A stretch of DNA of 64,000 nucleotides from Bdellovibrionales bacterium. GTDB lineage: Bacteria > Bdellovibrionota > Bdellovibrionia > Bdellovibrionales > JAUICD01. This document shows, one piece after another, positions 41,856-51,401 of the stretch. The notes under the pieces were generated by a model. It worked only from the letters and a program-made list of their open reading frames with translations. It was not told the DNA's origin and did not search any database. The number at the start of each line of letters is the position of its first letter. Positions within the stretch are counted from its first letter, which is position 1. Both the position numbers and the translations under genes were made by a program. The stretch covers positions 160,001-224,000 of the forward strand of contig CBDANC010000013.1 in the NCBI GenBank assembly GCA_965197425.1, written 5' to 3'.

Positions 41856-42788
41856 TTGAAACTATCTTTTAGGTTTTATATAAAAATTATTTTTCTTCTC
41901 TGTTCACAAACTGCCTGCGACTTCGAACAGTATATGTTAGAAACGACCCCAAGTGCAGACACAGATCAACTCCTCTTTATCTCTAATCGATTGGGTGATT
42001 TGTATAGAGAAGAGATGAACAACACATCTTATCTTGAAGCGTTGGTAGTAGAACTTGCCCCAGGTATGATTCCTATACGCAGTATGAACACCTTATACAA
42101 AAACAAAAACGAGAATATTTCACATGGACAAAAAATAAAAATAGAAATAGGGATAGGTACAAATCACTTGGTTACGGTACTTAACTCTGTACAAGCTATA
42201 TGCCATGAATTTGGACATGTGTTAGCTAAAAATCCCAAAACTGAAGTTATGAGTTTCAACATGTTTGAGGGTGAGTCAGATTACTGGTCAAGTTTTTGTG
42301 CTAAAAGATTTATTAATTCCTTATCAGAAGATGAAAGAAAAATGTTATCTATTGAAGAAGTGCCTATAGAAGATGCTTTGGATCACTATAAAACCATAGG
42401 GTTGGGAAAAACTAACATACTTAAGGATTATCTAAGGTACTATCTAGAAGAATGCTCTTCTGTTTATACTTCAAACAAAGACACAATAATCTGTTATCTA
42501 ACAACCGTTGGTGCATTGGAGTCTATATTGGCTGGATATATATATCTCTCAAATATATCAGGTGTAGGTAATATTGTATTAGATGATATAATGCACGGAA
42601 GGAATATACCTGTTAATCCGTACGAACCTGATAAACATGTGGTAGAAACTACTCTATCAGACTATCCTTCACTTCAGTGCAGGTTCGATACTATGTTTCA
42701 GGGTGCATTGTGTGATAACCCACTTGGTTGCACTAGAGCAGAAGGTTATGAAAAAGGTGTTAGACCTTTATGTTGGTATAAACCATAA
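41856..42788 (+). CDS. Putative lipoprotein zinc metalloprotease
   Basis: Lipobox-like QTAC; ICHEFGH + EGESDY; YPSLQCRFDT...RPLCWYKP tail. Confidence 0.7.
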   Translation: MKLSFRFYIKIIFLLCSQTACDFEQYMLETTPSADTDQLLFISNRLGDLYREEMNNTSYLEALVVELAPGMIPIRSMNTLYKNKNENISHGQKIKIEIGIGTNHLVTVLNSVQAICHEFGHVLAKNPKTEVMSFNMFEGESDYWSSFCAKRFINSLSEDERKMLSIEEVPIEDALDHYKTIGLGKTNILKDYLRYYLEECSSVYTSNKDTIICYLTTVGALESILAGYIYLSNISGVGNIVLDDIMHGRNIPVNPYEPDKHVVETTLSDYPSLQCRFDTMFQGALCDNPLGCTRAEGYEKGVRPLCWYKP

Positions 42789-42820
42789 TCAGCTTTATTG
42801 ACTCTATCTTTTCTAAAAAA

Positions 42821-42890
42821 ATCATGTATTTTTAAAATAATTTTTAAAAAATACATGTATTTTTGAATTGATACTTCAAAAATACATGAT
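42821..42890. promoter_or_regulatory. Overlapping inverted repeats upstream of ATPase
   Basis: CATGTATTTTT / AAAAATACATG units in alternating orientation ending 5 nt before start. Confidence 0.65.
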
Positions 42891-42895
42891 ATAAT

Positions 42896-44059
42896 TTGAG
42901 CATGTACAAAAGAGTTTTAGACTGTCTTCCCTCTTTAGAGACTAGTTTCTTTTTATTAGGGCCAAGACAAGTTGGTAAATCTACCTTATTAAAGCATTTG
43001 TTTCCAGATGCTGTGTGGGTTGACCTTTTAAAATCTGATGAATTCGCTAGATATTCAAAAAATCCACACTACCTTAGAGAAGAGCTTATTTTGAAAAAAC
43101 CTGAGTGGGTGATAATAGACGAAGTTCAAAAGGTTCCGCAACTACTGAATGAAGTTCATTACCTAATCGAAAATGCAAATATTAAATTTGGCCTATGTGG
43201 GTCTAGTGCAAGGAAGCTTAAGCAAAACTATGTTAATCTTTTAGGTGGAAGAGCTATTAGGTACGAACTTTTTGGCCTTATTTCAGAAGAGCTAAAAAAA
43301 GATTTTGATCTAGAAAAAATATTAAACCATGGGTATTTACCAAAGCATATAAATTCAAAAAGAATACACCAAATGCTAGAGGCTTATGTGTCCGACTATC
43401 TAAAGAACGAAGTTGCCTTCGAAGGCTTAACTAGAAACTTACAAACTTTCTCCACCTTTTTAGATGTAGCCGCCTTATCTGATACTGAACTTATAAACTT
43501 TTCTAATATCGCAAGAGAGTGTGGTATATCTTCCCATTCGGTAAAAGAATATTTTCAGATTTTAGAAGACACTTTAATTGGAAAGTGGCTTGTAGCACAC
43601 ACAAAATCCCCTAAAAGAAGAGTTGTAAGGTCTCCCAAGTTTTATTTTAATGATGTGGGTGTAGTAAATTTTTTATCAAAAAGACGAAATATACAAATAG
43701 GCTCTCCGCTTTTTGGCAAAGCATTTGAAAATTGGGTTTTCCATGAACTAACCGCCTTAAACTCTTACTCTGAAAAAAGATATGAACTAACTTACTGGAG
43801 ACTATCTAGTGGAATAGAAGTAGATTTTATAATAAGTGAGCTTAACCTAGCTATAGAAGCAAAAGCTACAAACAAAATTTCGGGCCAAAATTTAAAAGGT
43901 TTGAGGGAGCTTGCTAAAGAACATCCCCAAATAAAAAACAAAATAGTAGTATCTTTGGAAAAAAAGAAAAGGCTTACAGATGACGGAATTTTAATTCTAC
44001 CTTACAAAAATTTTATCCCACACTTAAAACAGATATTTAAAACAAAAGTTCATAGCTAG
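42896..44059 (+). CDS. AAA ATPase with DUF4143 domain
   Basis: GPRQVGKST, IIDEVQK, GSSARKL, PKFYFNDVG, EVDFI. Confidence 0.9.
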   Translation: MSMYKRVLDCLPSLETSFFLLGPRQVGKSTLLKHLFPDAVWVDLLKSDEFARYSKNPHYLREELILKKPEWVIIDEVQKVPQLLNEVHYLIENANIKFGLCGSSARKLKQNYVNLLGGRAIRYELFGLISEELKKDFDLEKILNHGYLPKHINSKRIHQMLEAYVSDYLKNEVAFEGLTRNLQTFSTFLDVAALSDTELINFSNIARECGISSHSVKEYFQILEDTLIGKWLVAHTKSPKRRVVRSPKFYFNDVGVVNFLSKRRNIQIGSPLFGKAFENWVFHELTALNSYSEKRYELTYWRLSSGIEVDFIISELNLAIEAKATNKISGQNLKGLRELAKEHPQIKNKIVVSLEKKKRLTDDGILILPYKNFIPHLKQIFKTKVHS

Positions 44060-45207
44060 TTAAGATCTTTTAAGAATTGTTTAAGACTGGCAACTGTAAC
44101 TTTGTTTTTGATTTGATAGTTAGAATTCACCGGAGCAATGATATACTTTTTTGTAAAATGAATATCCTTTAAGCCTTCCCAAAAGCCTCTTTCAGGAACT
44201 GGAGCTTTTGAAGCTTTTGTCTCTAAAGCGATAGTGGTTCGCCCTTTTTTCATTATTAAATCAATCTCTGCACCAGATCTAGTTAGATAAAAAGAATAAT
44301 TCCAGCGAGGAAAATGAGAAATTATATTTTCAATAACAAAACTTTCAAAAGACCTTCCATATACCGGATGTGCGAATAGATCATTAAAAGACTCTATCTC
44401 TAGTAACGCATGAAGAACCCCACTATCTCTAATGTATATTTTAGGAGATTTAATTAGTCTTTTTTTTAAATTTGAATAAAGAGGTTCAAGTCTTCTTATA
44501 AAAAACGCCTTTTCTAAAATATGAATATATGAATTTATAGTATGGGAGCTAACCCCAAGAGAACCAGCCAGCTTTGACGAGTTTAAAGTCTGACCATGAC
44601 TATGTGCCAGCATTTTAAAAAGTCTTTTGATAAGCCCCGTTTGAATTTTGATACCAAGCCTTGCTATATCTCTTTCTAGAAAGGCATTGATATAGTTCTC
44701 TCTCCACACAAGACTTTTTTCATCAGTTTTTCCCAGAAAACTTTTAGGAAGTCCTCCCCTACTCCACAGAGTCTCAAATTTTTTATCTGACACCTCTGAA
44801 ACTAACAGCGGTGGCATTTCTATGTAAGAAATACGACCAGCTAAACTTTCACCACTTTGCTTTAACAGATCACCAGATACACTTCCTAGAACCAAAAACT
44901 GTCCACTTTTCTTTCGCTCATCTACAAGACTTCTTATTAGGGGGAAAATTTCGGGCAGTTGCTGGATTTCATCCAAGCATATTAGCGATTTTTTATTTTG
45001 GGAGAAAAAATATTCTGCATTATCTAACTTTCTTAAGTCACTAGGTCTTTCCAGATCTAGATATAGACTATTTGTTTTTTTTTGTATTATTTTTTTCGCA
45101 AGTGTAGATTTGCCAACCTGCCTAGGGCCTAATATGGCCACAACAGGATAATCCCTTAAGGATTCAAGTACTTCTCGAAGAATATTTCTAGGTATATAAC
45201 CTGTCAT
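44056..45207 (-). CDS. AAA ATPase with DUF4143 domain
   Basis: GPRQVGKST, LDEIQ, ESLAGRI, PKIYIRDSG, EIDLI. Confidence 0.9.
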   Translation of the reverse strand: MTGYIPRNILREVLESLRDYPVVAILGPRQVGKSTLAKKIIQKKTNSLYLDLERPSDLRKLDNAEYFFSQNKKSLICLDEIQQLPEIFPLIRSLVDERKKSGQFLVLGSVSGDLLKQSGESLAGRISYIEMPPLLVSEVSDKKFETLWSRGGLPKSFLGKTDEKSLVWRENYINAFLERDIARLGIKIQTGLIKRLFKMLAHSHGQTLNSSKLAGSLGVSSHTINSYIHILEKAFFIRRLEPLYSNLKKRLIKSPKIYIRDSGVLHALLEIESFNDLFAHPVYGRSFESFVIENIISHFPRWNYSFYLTRSGAEIDLIMKKGRTTIALETKASKAPVPERGFWEGLKDIHFTKKYIIAPVNSNYQIKNKVTVASLKQFLKDLN

Positions 45208-45234
45208 ATTTGAAGTTTAACTTCAAATATGACA
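45202..45234. promoter_or_regulatory. Perfect palindrome covering ATPase start codon
   Basis: TGTCATATTTGAAGTT-t-AACTTCAAATATGACA, 16-bp arms. Confidence 0.7.
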
Positions 45235-45260
45235 TGTTGCAAGCACAAATGTGAGGTTAA

Positions 45261-45340
45261 CTAATATTCTCCGTGTATCGGAGGTCCCCACCACCTAGAG
45301 GTTTTGTTTGGTTTAGAAGCATCGACCATTTTACCCTACC
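45261..45340 (-). pseudogene. Highly diverged remnant of MBL gene 3' end
   Basis: GKMVDASKPNKTSRWWGPPIHGEY* versus GETVDVLSPNKTTRWWKTFMDNNY* (same length to stop). Confidence 0.65.
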
Positions 45341-45452
45341 TTGACCACATAACCTAACTTACACCAAAAATATTTAAACCAGATAGATCGGCATCTACAG
45401 TTTAAGCTAATTTTAATTGATGTGAAACAACTTTTAAGGTCTTAACATAGCC

Positions 45453-46748
45453 TTATCTAAGCTGTTCCATCGAAAATATCACAATGCAAACAATGCAAAT
45501 TATATAAAATGTGGGGGTGAGTTCCTTTGCTTTTTTCGAAAAAATTTTGCAAAGTGCATGTGACACGAAACCTGCAATAATTCCGTTTGTTATAGAGCAA
45601 GTAAAAGCAATGATGGCAATGGACATGAAGGCAGGAAGTGCAACATCTACCTTTTCCCAATCAATATCTAAAATTGGTCTTATCATAAAGCTACCTGCTA
45701 AAATTAAAACAGGAGCAGAAGCAATAATTGGTATGGAAGAGATCAAAGGACCCATAAACAAAAAAGGCAAAAAACAAAGCCCTGCTACAACAGCCGTAAG
45801 ACCCGTTCTTCCCCCCTGCAAAACCCCAACTGCTGACTCTATATAGGTTGTAACAGCTGTTACTCCAAATAAACCAGAAATAGCACTTCCAAAAGCATCC
45901 ACCAAGAGCGATTTTCTTAATTTTTTTGGATTTCCTTTTTCATCCACCATACCTCCCACATGAGATACACCAATAAAAGTGGCAAGCGAATCAAACAAAT
46001 CAACAAACACTATAGAAAAAAAAGCTGGCAGAAATGTCCACTTCAACGCGCCCTTAAAATCCAATGACATTATCAATGACAAATCAGGTGACGATAACAA
46101 GCCTTTATAAACCACAACAGGTTCCATATCTCCCCAAAATCTACCTATAGGAATAGACAAAATAGTCACTATGATAATAGAAAGCAACAAACCACCCACC
46201 ATCTTTTTTATCAAAAGATACATTGTTATAAAAATACCCGCCACAACCGTTAGAGATTTGGCATCAAATTTTGATAAGGTAACTATTGTGGTTGGGTGGT
46301 TTGTGATTAATCCAGAGTTCATAAGACCAAGAAAGGTAATAAAAAGCCCAATTCCAACACTGATTGCAAGCTTAAGAGATTTTGGAATTGCCCTTACTAT
46401 TTTTTCTCTAACCTCAAATGCAGACAATAAAAGAAATAAAATACCAGAATAAAACACAGCACCCAAAGCTGTCTCGAAAGGTACACCCTGAGTGCCCACC
46501 ATATAAAATGTGACAAATGCCAGTACTCCAATACCAGGGCCTAAAACAAACGGCCTGTCAGCATAAATACCCATGGCTATGGAAGACAAACTACTGGCTA
46601 AAATTGTGCTAGTGACAAGAGCTTCTATAGGAACACCCACATTTGCTAAAATACTAGGTGCCACCACAATTACATAAGCACACGAAAAAAAGGTGGTAAG
46701 CCCTGCCAAAATCTCAACTTTAAAACTTGAATTGGAAAGCTTAAACAT
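45453..46748 (-). CDS. NCS2 family (AzgA/PbuG-like) purine permease
   Basis: EILAGLTTF, GIGLFI, TTYIESAVGV..GGRTGLTAVVAG. Confidence 0.92.
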   Translation of the reverse strand: MFKLSNSSFKVEILAGLTTFFSCAYVIVVAPSILANVGVPIEALVTSTILASSLSSIAMGIYADRPFVLGPGIGVLAFVTFYMVGTQGVPFETALGAVFYSGILFLLLSAFEVREKIVRAIPKSLKLAISVGIGLFITFLGLMNSGLITNHPTTIVTLSKFDAKSLTVVAGIFITMYLLIKKMVGGLLLSIIIVTILSIPIGRFWGDMEPVVVYKGLLSSPDLSLIMSLDFKGALKWTFLPAFFSIVFVDLFDSLATFIGVSHVGGMVDEKGNPKKLRKSLLVDAFGSAISGLFGVTAVTTYIESAVGVLQGGRTGLTAVVAGLCFLPFLFMGPLISSIPIIASAPVLILAGSFMIRPILDIDWEKVDVALPAFMSIAIIAFTCSITNGIIAGFVSHALCKIFSKKAKELTPTFYIICIVCIVIFSMEQLR

Positions 46749-46802
46749 AGGACTAAGCCATACCAGCGGTCATGAATTATGTACAGGTTTTAATTTACAA
46801 AG

Positions 46803-46834
46803 TTGAAAGGCCTCGCAATTGTGAAGCCTTTCAA
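46803..46834. terminator. Hairpin, probable intrinsic terminator
   Basis: TTGAAAGGC...GCCTTTCAA stem downstream of 46884-47558. Confidence 0.55.
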
Positions 46835-46883
46835 AAAATATTTTATTGTTAATTTAGAAACTTATAATAAGAATAAAATCTTT

Positions 46884-47558
46884 CTACATTTTCTCCAAAA
46901 CAACAGCTAGCTTTGTATTTTCACCACAATCAAGATCAGTATCTACTACTTCAGGCTCATCTACAAAATCTTCTTCAGGATTAAAACGTGTACCACTATA
47001 GTAGCTAGTACTTTTGGTACTATAACCACCTGATAAAGATGGCAAGCCTACCAAATATAATCTATTAGATTCTACAAAATAATCGATACCACCAACAGAT
47101 ACACTAAGAGTAATTCCTAACGACTGAAGCATATCGAAATCTTCATCTTCAGCACATTCTCCAGAGGCTGAAAGTATATCAACAGTTGCATTAATAGACT
47201 TTACATATGTTCCTGTTCCCAAAGATGTAAAATATGTGCCATTAACATTGCAAGTTTCAATGTCCAATTCTATATTTGGCGCCCCCCCAGAATGAAAGTC
47301 ATGAGAATAAGTAGGCACTACTTGGGCAGTCATAATATCTAAACTTCCAGTTGCATCACCATCACTTGTAAATTTAATATAACCAGCTGAATCTTCGGGT
47401 AAAACATCCTGTGAAACAGGTGATGATACTTCATCCTTCTCAACATCAACACAGGCCATGCCCATAAGCTTCCATTCTCCTTCAAGCTCTGGATTAGCAA
47501 AAGTCACCTGACTTACACTAAACACAACAAATGCTGATAGCATTAAATATTTTTTCAT
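46884..47558 (-). CDS. Secreted hypothetical protein
   Basis: Signal peptide MKKYL...VTFA; LEGEWKL (lipocalin-like start); acidic. Confidence 0.65.
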   Translation of the reverse strand: MKKYLMLSAFVVFSVSQVTFANPELEGEWKLMGMACVDVEKDEVSSPVSQDVLPEDSAGYIKFTSDGDATGSLDIMTAQVVPTYSHDFHSGGAPNIELDIETCNVNGTYFTSLGTGTYVKSINATVDILSASGECAEDEDFDMLQSLGITLSVSVGGIDYFVESNRLYLVGLPSLSGGYSTKSTSYYSGTRFNPEEDFVDEPEVVDTDLDCGENTKLAVVLEKM

Positions 47559-47677
47559 AATTTCCTCCATCCATATAGTTAAATTTGTTACTTATATCTA
47601 ATTACGTTTAATCACTTATATTTGTATTTATTATTTGTTTTCACTAAAATTTATAAAAAGAGCCTACGCGTGAAAGT

Positions 47678-48595
47678 CTAGTGAGCAATATCCAAGCCGT
47701 GGTTTTCAATCAGTTCTTTTAGCATTTTATCTGCAAAAAACCAAGCAAAAAATCCTATACTCTGTAGAGCCTTTTCAACCACTCTCTTTCTGACTGTGCT
47801 ATCTTGCATAAAATCATATTCTAAAAATGCTTTAAGTACTGTAAAACTATCGTATGTTTTTACAGACATCACTTTTTTAATGGCTCTAGATAAGTAGAAA
47901 GCTAAATCGTCTTCATCTAGCTCTAACTCAGGCCTTTCTAGAATCTTTTTTACATATGTATCATTGGTGTGTTCAATTACATGTGTCAATGCACCAGGTC
48001 TTTTCGGGTCAGAAAATATATGACGATTTACATTCATATTGGGATGCTCTAAAAGAATATACACTGACGATGAAGAAGTAGGCAAACTTAAGGTATAATT
48101 TAGAAAGGAAGGATGATACTTCTCATTGATAAAATTTGATGTTCCGTTGATGAAAAAGTCTGTACCTTCTTCATATTCTTCAAATATTAGTTCAAGTAAG
48201 CGATAATTGTCCCGGCTAATTGCACTATATATAAGCGCGTTAATATCAACTAGTTTTATTTCGTACAATTCTAGGTCTTCTTCGTAAAGTTTCCTTGTGT
48301 TTTTGTGATCAGCTATTAGTTTTCTAGCCTCATTCAAATTACTTTTATCAATAACTTTATGTAGTCCCTCCTGCAATTCCTCTTGTAATTTATTGAGTCT
48401 TTGGGCAAGAAGTAAGGTTCTGATATCCTCAATCGTTTTTTCTATAGCTACCTCTTCAAGTTCTTCCCGATAAACAGAACTAGCTACTTTTGTTAGAGCA
48501 TCTAAACACTTATCTGTTTGAGCTAATGCTCCGTTTGTAAAAAGAAAGACAATTGATATTGTTTTTATAAATGTTATTTTAAACTTCATAAACAC
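47678..48595 (-). CDS. Secreted hypothetical protein, possibly degenerate ankyrin-like
   Basis: Signal peptide; ILLEHPNMNVN, KILERPEL. Confidence 0.6.
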   Translation of the reverse strand: MFMKFKITFIKTISIVFLFTNGALAQTDKCLDALTKVASSVYREELEEVAIEKTIEDIRTLLLAQRLNKLQEELQEGLHKVIDKSNLNEARKLIADHKNTRKLYEEDLELYEIKLVDINALIYSAISRDNYRLLELIFEEYEEGTDFFINGTSNFINEKYHPSFLNYTLSLPTSSSSVYILLEHPNMNVNRHIFSDPKRPGALTHVIEHTNDTYVKKILERPELELDEDDLAFYLSRAIKKVMSVKTYDSFTVLKAFLEYDFMQDSTVRKRVVEKALQSIGFFAWFFADKMLKELIENHGLDIAH

Positions 48596-48709
48596 TTACA
48601 TATATACCCGCCCCTAGACTTTTGTAAAGTTGGTGGTTATGAAACCACTAAGATCCTTTGACTATCTGAATTTTTTTCAATCTACTAACAAAAAATGTCA
48701 CATGACGCT

Positions 48710-49084
48710 TTAAGTGTTCTTACATAATTTATAAATGTATCCACCCAGAATATTTGCTTCACTAATTAGCTTTTTGTGATTTATAAGGTCTAATATGGTT
48801 TGTACCTCCCTTAGTGATCCTAGGCTTATTCTGTAGAACTTTCTTCTTTCTTTGTTGCTTGGCTGGTTTAATCGGCTCACGGGATAAAGCTTTATGTTTT
48901 CCAATTGAAATAACCTCTCTGCGTTCGGTTTTGCACTACCTTCAGCTAAGTTTAATACAATACTAGGTATTGCTCTTTGAAATTGGTTCTTGAGTGGTTC
49001 TCTCAAATATAAATTGTTAGCATTATTGTAGAACTGAACTGCCAATTGATAAGCTTTAAAATTTTTCAAAAAAATTTTAATCAA
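48710..49084 (-). CDS. Four-helix-bundle protein (23S rRNA IVP family) with in-frame insertion
   Basis: NFKAYQLA, QFQRAIPSIVLNLAEGS, FYRISLGSLREVQTIL. Confidence 0.85.
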   Translation of the reverse strand: MIKIFLKNFKAYQLAVQFYNNANNLYLREPLKNQFQRAIPSIVLNLAEGSAKPNAERLFQLENIKLYPVSRLNQPSNKERRKFYRISLGSLREVQTILDLINHKKLISEANILGGYIYKLCKNT

Positions 49085-49109
49085 TTGCCTGATTGCCTGA
49101 TCAAGGCCT

Positions 49110-49538
49110 TTAGTTTATAATACAGCTATTTCCTAAATCAAAAGACTCATTAGGGCTTTCTAAAATGGCATAATTAGCCCTAGGAATACCAAGAGAATCT
49201 TCTAGATAAAATCTGAAGACATAATCAGTTGTGATGTAATTCACAAAACCATCTTCATCCTCAACCCTTGTCCCATTTAAAGCTGCTTCCTCTATAACAG
49301 AGTTTTCTAACATTTTTATCACCAAAGAAGCAGTATCAGTCTCAATATCATAGCTGGCTATCACAAAAAGCCTTGTCTCAGACTCAAAGCCAATCTCACA
49401 TCTTACCTCTTCAAAATTATCTATGCTTGAATTGTCTATATCTTCAACAGTTACAAGGGTAACATTCTGAAAAATCACCATTAAGATAAAACCACAAATA
49501 ATAGTGGGAATAAGGATTTTTAAAACTCTCTTGCTCAT
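49110..49538 (-). CDS. Membrane-anchored hypothetical protein
   Basis: N-terminal TM ending IFQN. Confidence 0.6.
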   Translation of the reverse strand: MSKRVLKILIPTIICGFILMVIFQNVTLVTVEDIDNSSIDNFEEVRCEIGFESETRLFVIASYDIETDTASLVIKMLENSVIEEAALNGTRVEDEDGFVNYITTDYVFRFYLEDSLGIPRANYAILESPNESFDLGNSCIIN

Positions 49539-49684
49539 ACCATAAATTGTAGCACAGCAAATGGGCTAGTCACCTACTTTTAACGCCCCATATATACTTC
49601 TTGAGTTAAATAAATACTACTGGTAAAAATCTGGTTTATAGCAAATAACATATAGAATATTTTTAAGCTCTAGGAGATTGTTAA

Positions 49685-50614
49685 ATGATCGAGGTCAAGG
49701 GCCTTACAAAACACTACGGCTCTAATGTCGCTATTAAAGACCTAAACTTCAAAATTGAAGCTGGAGATACTGTAGGACTCCTTGGTCCAAATGGAGCTGG
49801 CAAATCCACAGCCATGAGAATTATAACTGGGTTTATGGCACCCACATCTGGCTCAGTATTGATTGATGGAATGAACATTTTTGAAAAAGCTATCCAAATA
49901 AAAAAGAAAATTGGTTATTTGCCAGAACACCCACCTCTCTACACAGATATGAGAGTAAAAGAATACTTGCTATATTTATGCGCGCTAAAAGATGTTCCAA
50001 CCAAAGACTTGGCACGAAATGTCAGTGATGTGTTGGAAAAGTTAAATATCACAGATGTGAGGCACAGGCTTATTCGCAATTTATCTAAGGGCTATAAGCA
50101 AAGAGTAGGCATTGCCGGAGCTCTAGTTTCTGAGCCTGAAATATTGATTTTAGATGAACCTACAATTGGACTTGATCCCAATCAGATAAGAGATATTAGG
50201 ACACTTATTAAATCCACCAAGAAAAATCATCAGACATTAATTTTATCAACTCACATATTACCTGAGGTACAAGAAACCTGCGATAAGATCATAATCATCA
50301 ATAAAGGAAATATCGTGCTTACAGGCAACCTCAAAGATCTAAGTGGCATGATGTCCGGACACCGAGGTATTAAGGTAAAAACAAAAAGACCACTTAATGG
50401 CCTTAAGGAAAAATTAATTAAGATTGAAGGTGTAACAAATTACAGAAAAATAGGTGATACAGAATTTGCGGTGGACATAGCACAAGACGACAGTTTGCAG
50501 GAAAACTTAGCTAAAGAGGTGGTCAATGCAGGCCTTGGGCTTTTAGAATTTTCATCCAGCAAAGTGTCTTTGGAAGATATCTTTAGAGAACACACAAAAA
50601 AAGAGGGTAAGTAA
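49685..50614 (+). CDS. ABC transporter ATP-binding protein (GldA-like)
   Basis: GPNGAGKST, LSKGYKQRVG, ILDEPT. Confidence 0.93.
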   Translation: MIEVKGLTKHYGSNVAIKDLNFKIEAGDTVGLLGPNGAGKSTAMRIITGFMAPTSGSVLIDGMNIFEKAIQIKKKIGYLPEHPPLYTDMRVKEYLLYLCALKDVPTKDLARNVSDVLEKLNITDVRHRLIRNLSKGYKQRVGIAGALVSEPEILILDEPTIGLDPNQIRDIRTLIKSTKKNHQTLILSTHILPEVQETCDKIIIINKGNIVLTGNLKDLSGMMSGHRGIKVKTKRPLNGLKEKLIKIEGVTNYRKIGDTEFAVDIAQDDSLQENLAKEVVNAGLGLLEFSSSKVSLEDIFREHTKKEGK

Positions 50615-51397
50615 TTGAGACAGATATGGGCCATAGCTAGAAAAGAATTTAGAGGATATGTAACAAGTCCTGGTTATATTATCGTAGGTGGCATTCTCTT
50701 CTTAGTCCTATCTATGACTTACTTTGTCTTTCTATCTAATTTTCACAGAAGCATTAGCAGTGGAAACCTCAACCCAATGTCAGCAAGCTATCAGGTAAAC
50801 ATACATGATGCAGTATTTTTACCACTCATCTGGTGTATTATATTTCTGTTCATGTTCATTGTACCTATGTTTGGAGCAAGGCTTCTGGCTGAAGAAAGAA
50901 AACTTAATACATTTGAGTTACTCATGACAAGCCCTATAACCTCTCTTCAAATTGTTGTAGGCAAATTTATAGGATCTTTTAACGCTGTTAAGTTAATAGT
51001 TTTAATAAGCTTAATCTATCCTCTAAGTACCCTTATGTTTGGAGTGGATATAGAGTGGGGTAAACTTCTTTCTGCTTACTTTGGGTTGTTATTGTTATCT
51101 GCGGTATTTACTTCTGTTTCATTGTTTTGTTCTAGTTTTACAGAGTCTGTTGTTTGGTCAGCTATTTCTGGTATGATAGCAAACTTTTTTAGTCTATGGG
51201 TTATATCTTGGATTGGCATGTTTGTGCAAAATGCCGACGTTAAAGAAGTAGTAGAATATGTGTCTCTTACAAAACACATTGTATTATTCAATAGTGGTAG
51301 CTTCGAAACCTCTAGTCTTATCTTTTTTGCTTCAGTTATCTGTACATTTTGTTTTTTAAGTATAAATGTTCTGCAATCATCCAGAGGAGGAGCATAA
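50615..51397 (+). CDS. ABC-2 permease (GldF-like)
   Basis: IARKEF, AEERKLNTFELLMTSP, IVVGKF. Confidence 0.9.
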   Translation: MRQIWAIARKEFRGYVTSPGYIIVGGILFLVLSMTYFVFLSNFHRSISSGNLNPMSASYQVNIHDAVFLPLIWCIIFLFMFIVPMFGARLLAEERKLNTFELLMTSPITSLQIVVGKFIGSFNAVKLIVLISLIYPLSTLMFGVDIEWGKLLSAYFGLLLLSAVFTSVSLFCSSFTESVVWSAISGMIANFFSLWVISWIGMFVQNADVKEVVEYVSLTKHIVLFNSGSFETSSLIFFASVICTFCFLSINVLQSSRGGA

Positions 51398-51401
51398 GTC
51401 C

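Noticed and set aside
46749..46880. Purine riboswitch ahead of the NCS2 permease
   Set aside because: Consensus aptamer core not found; only a simple hairpin
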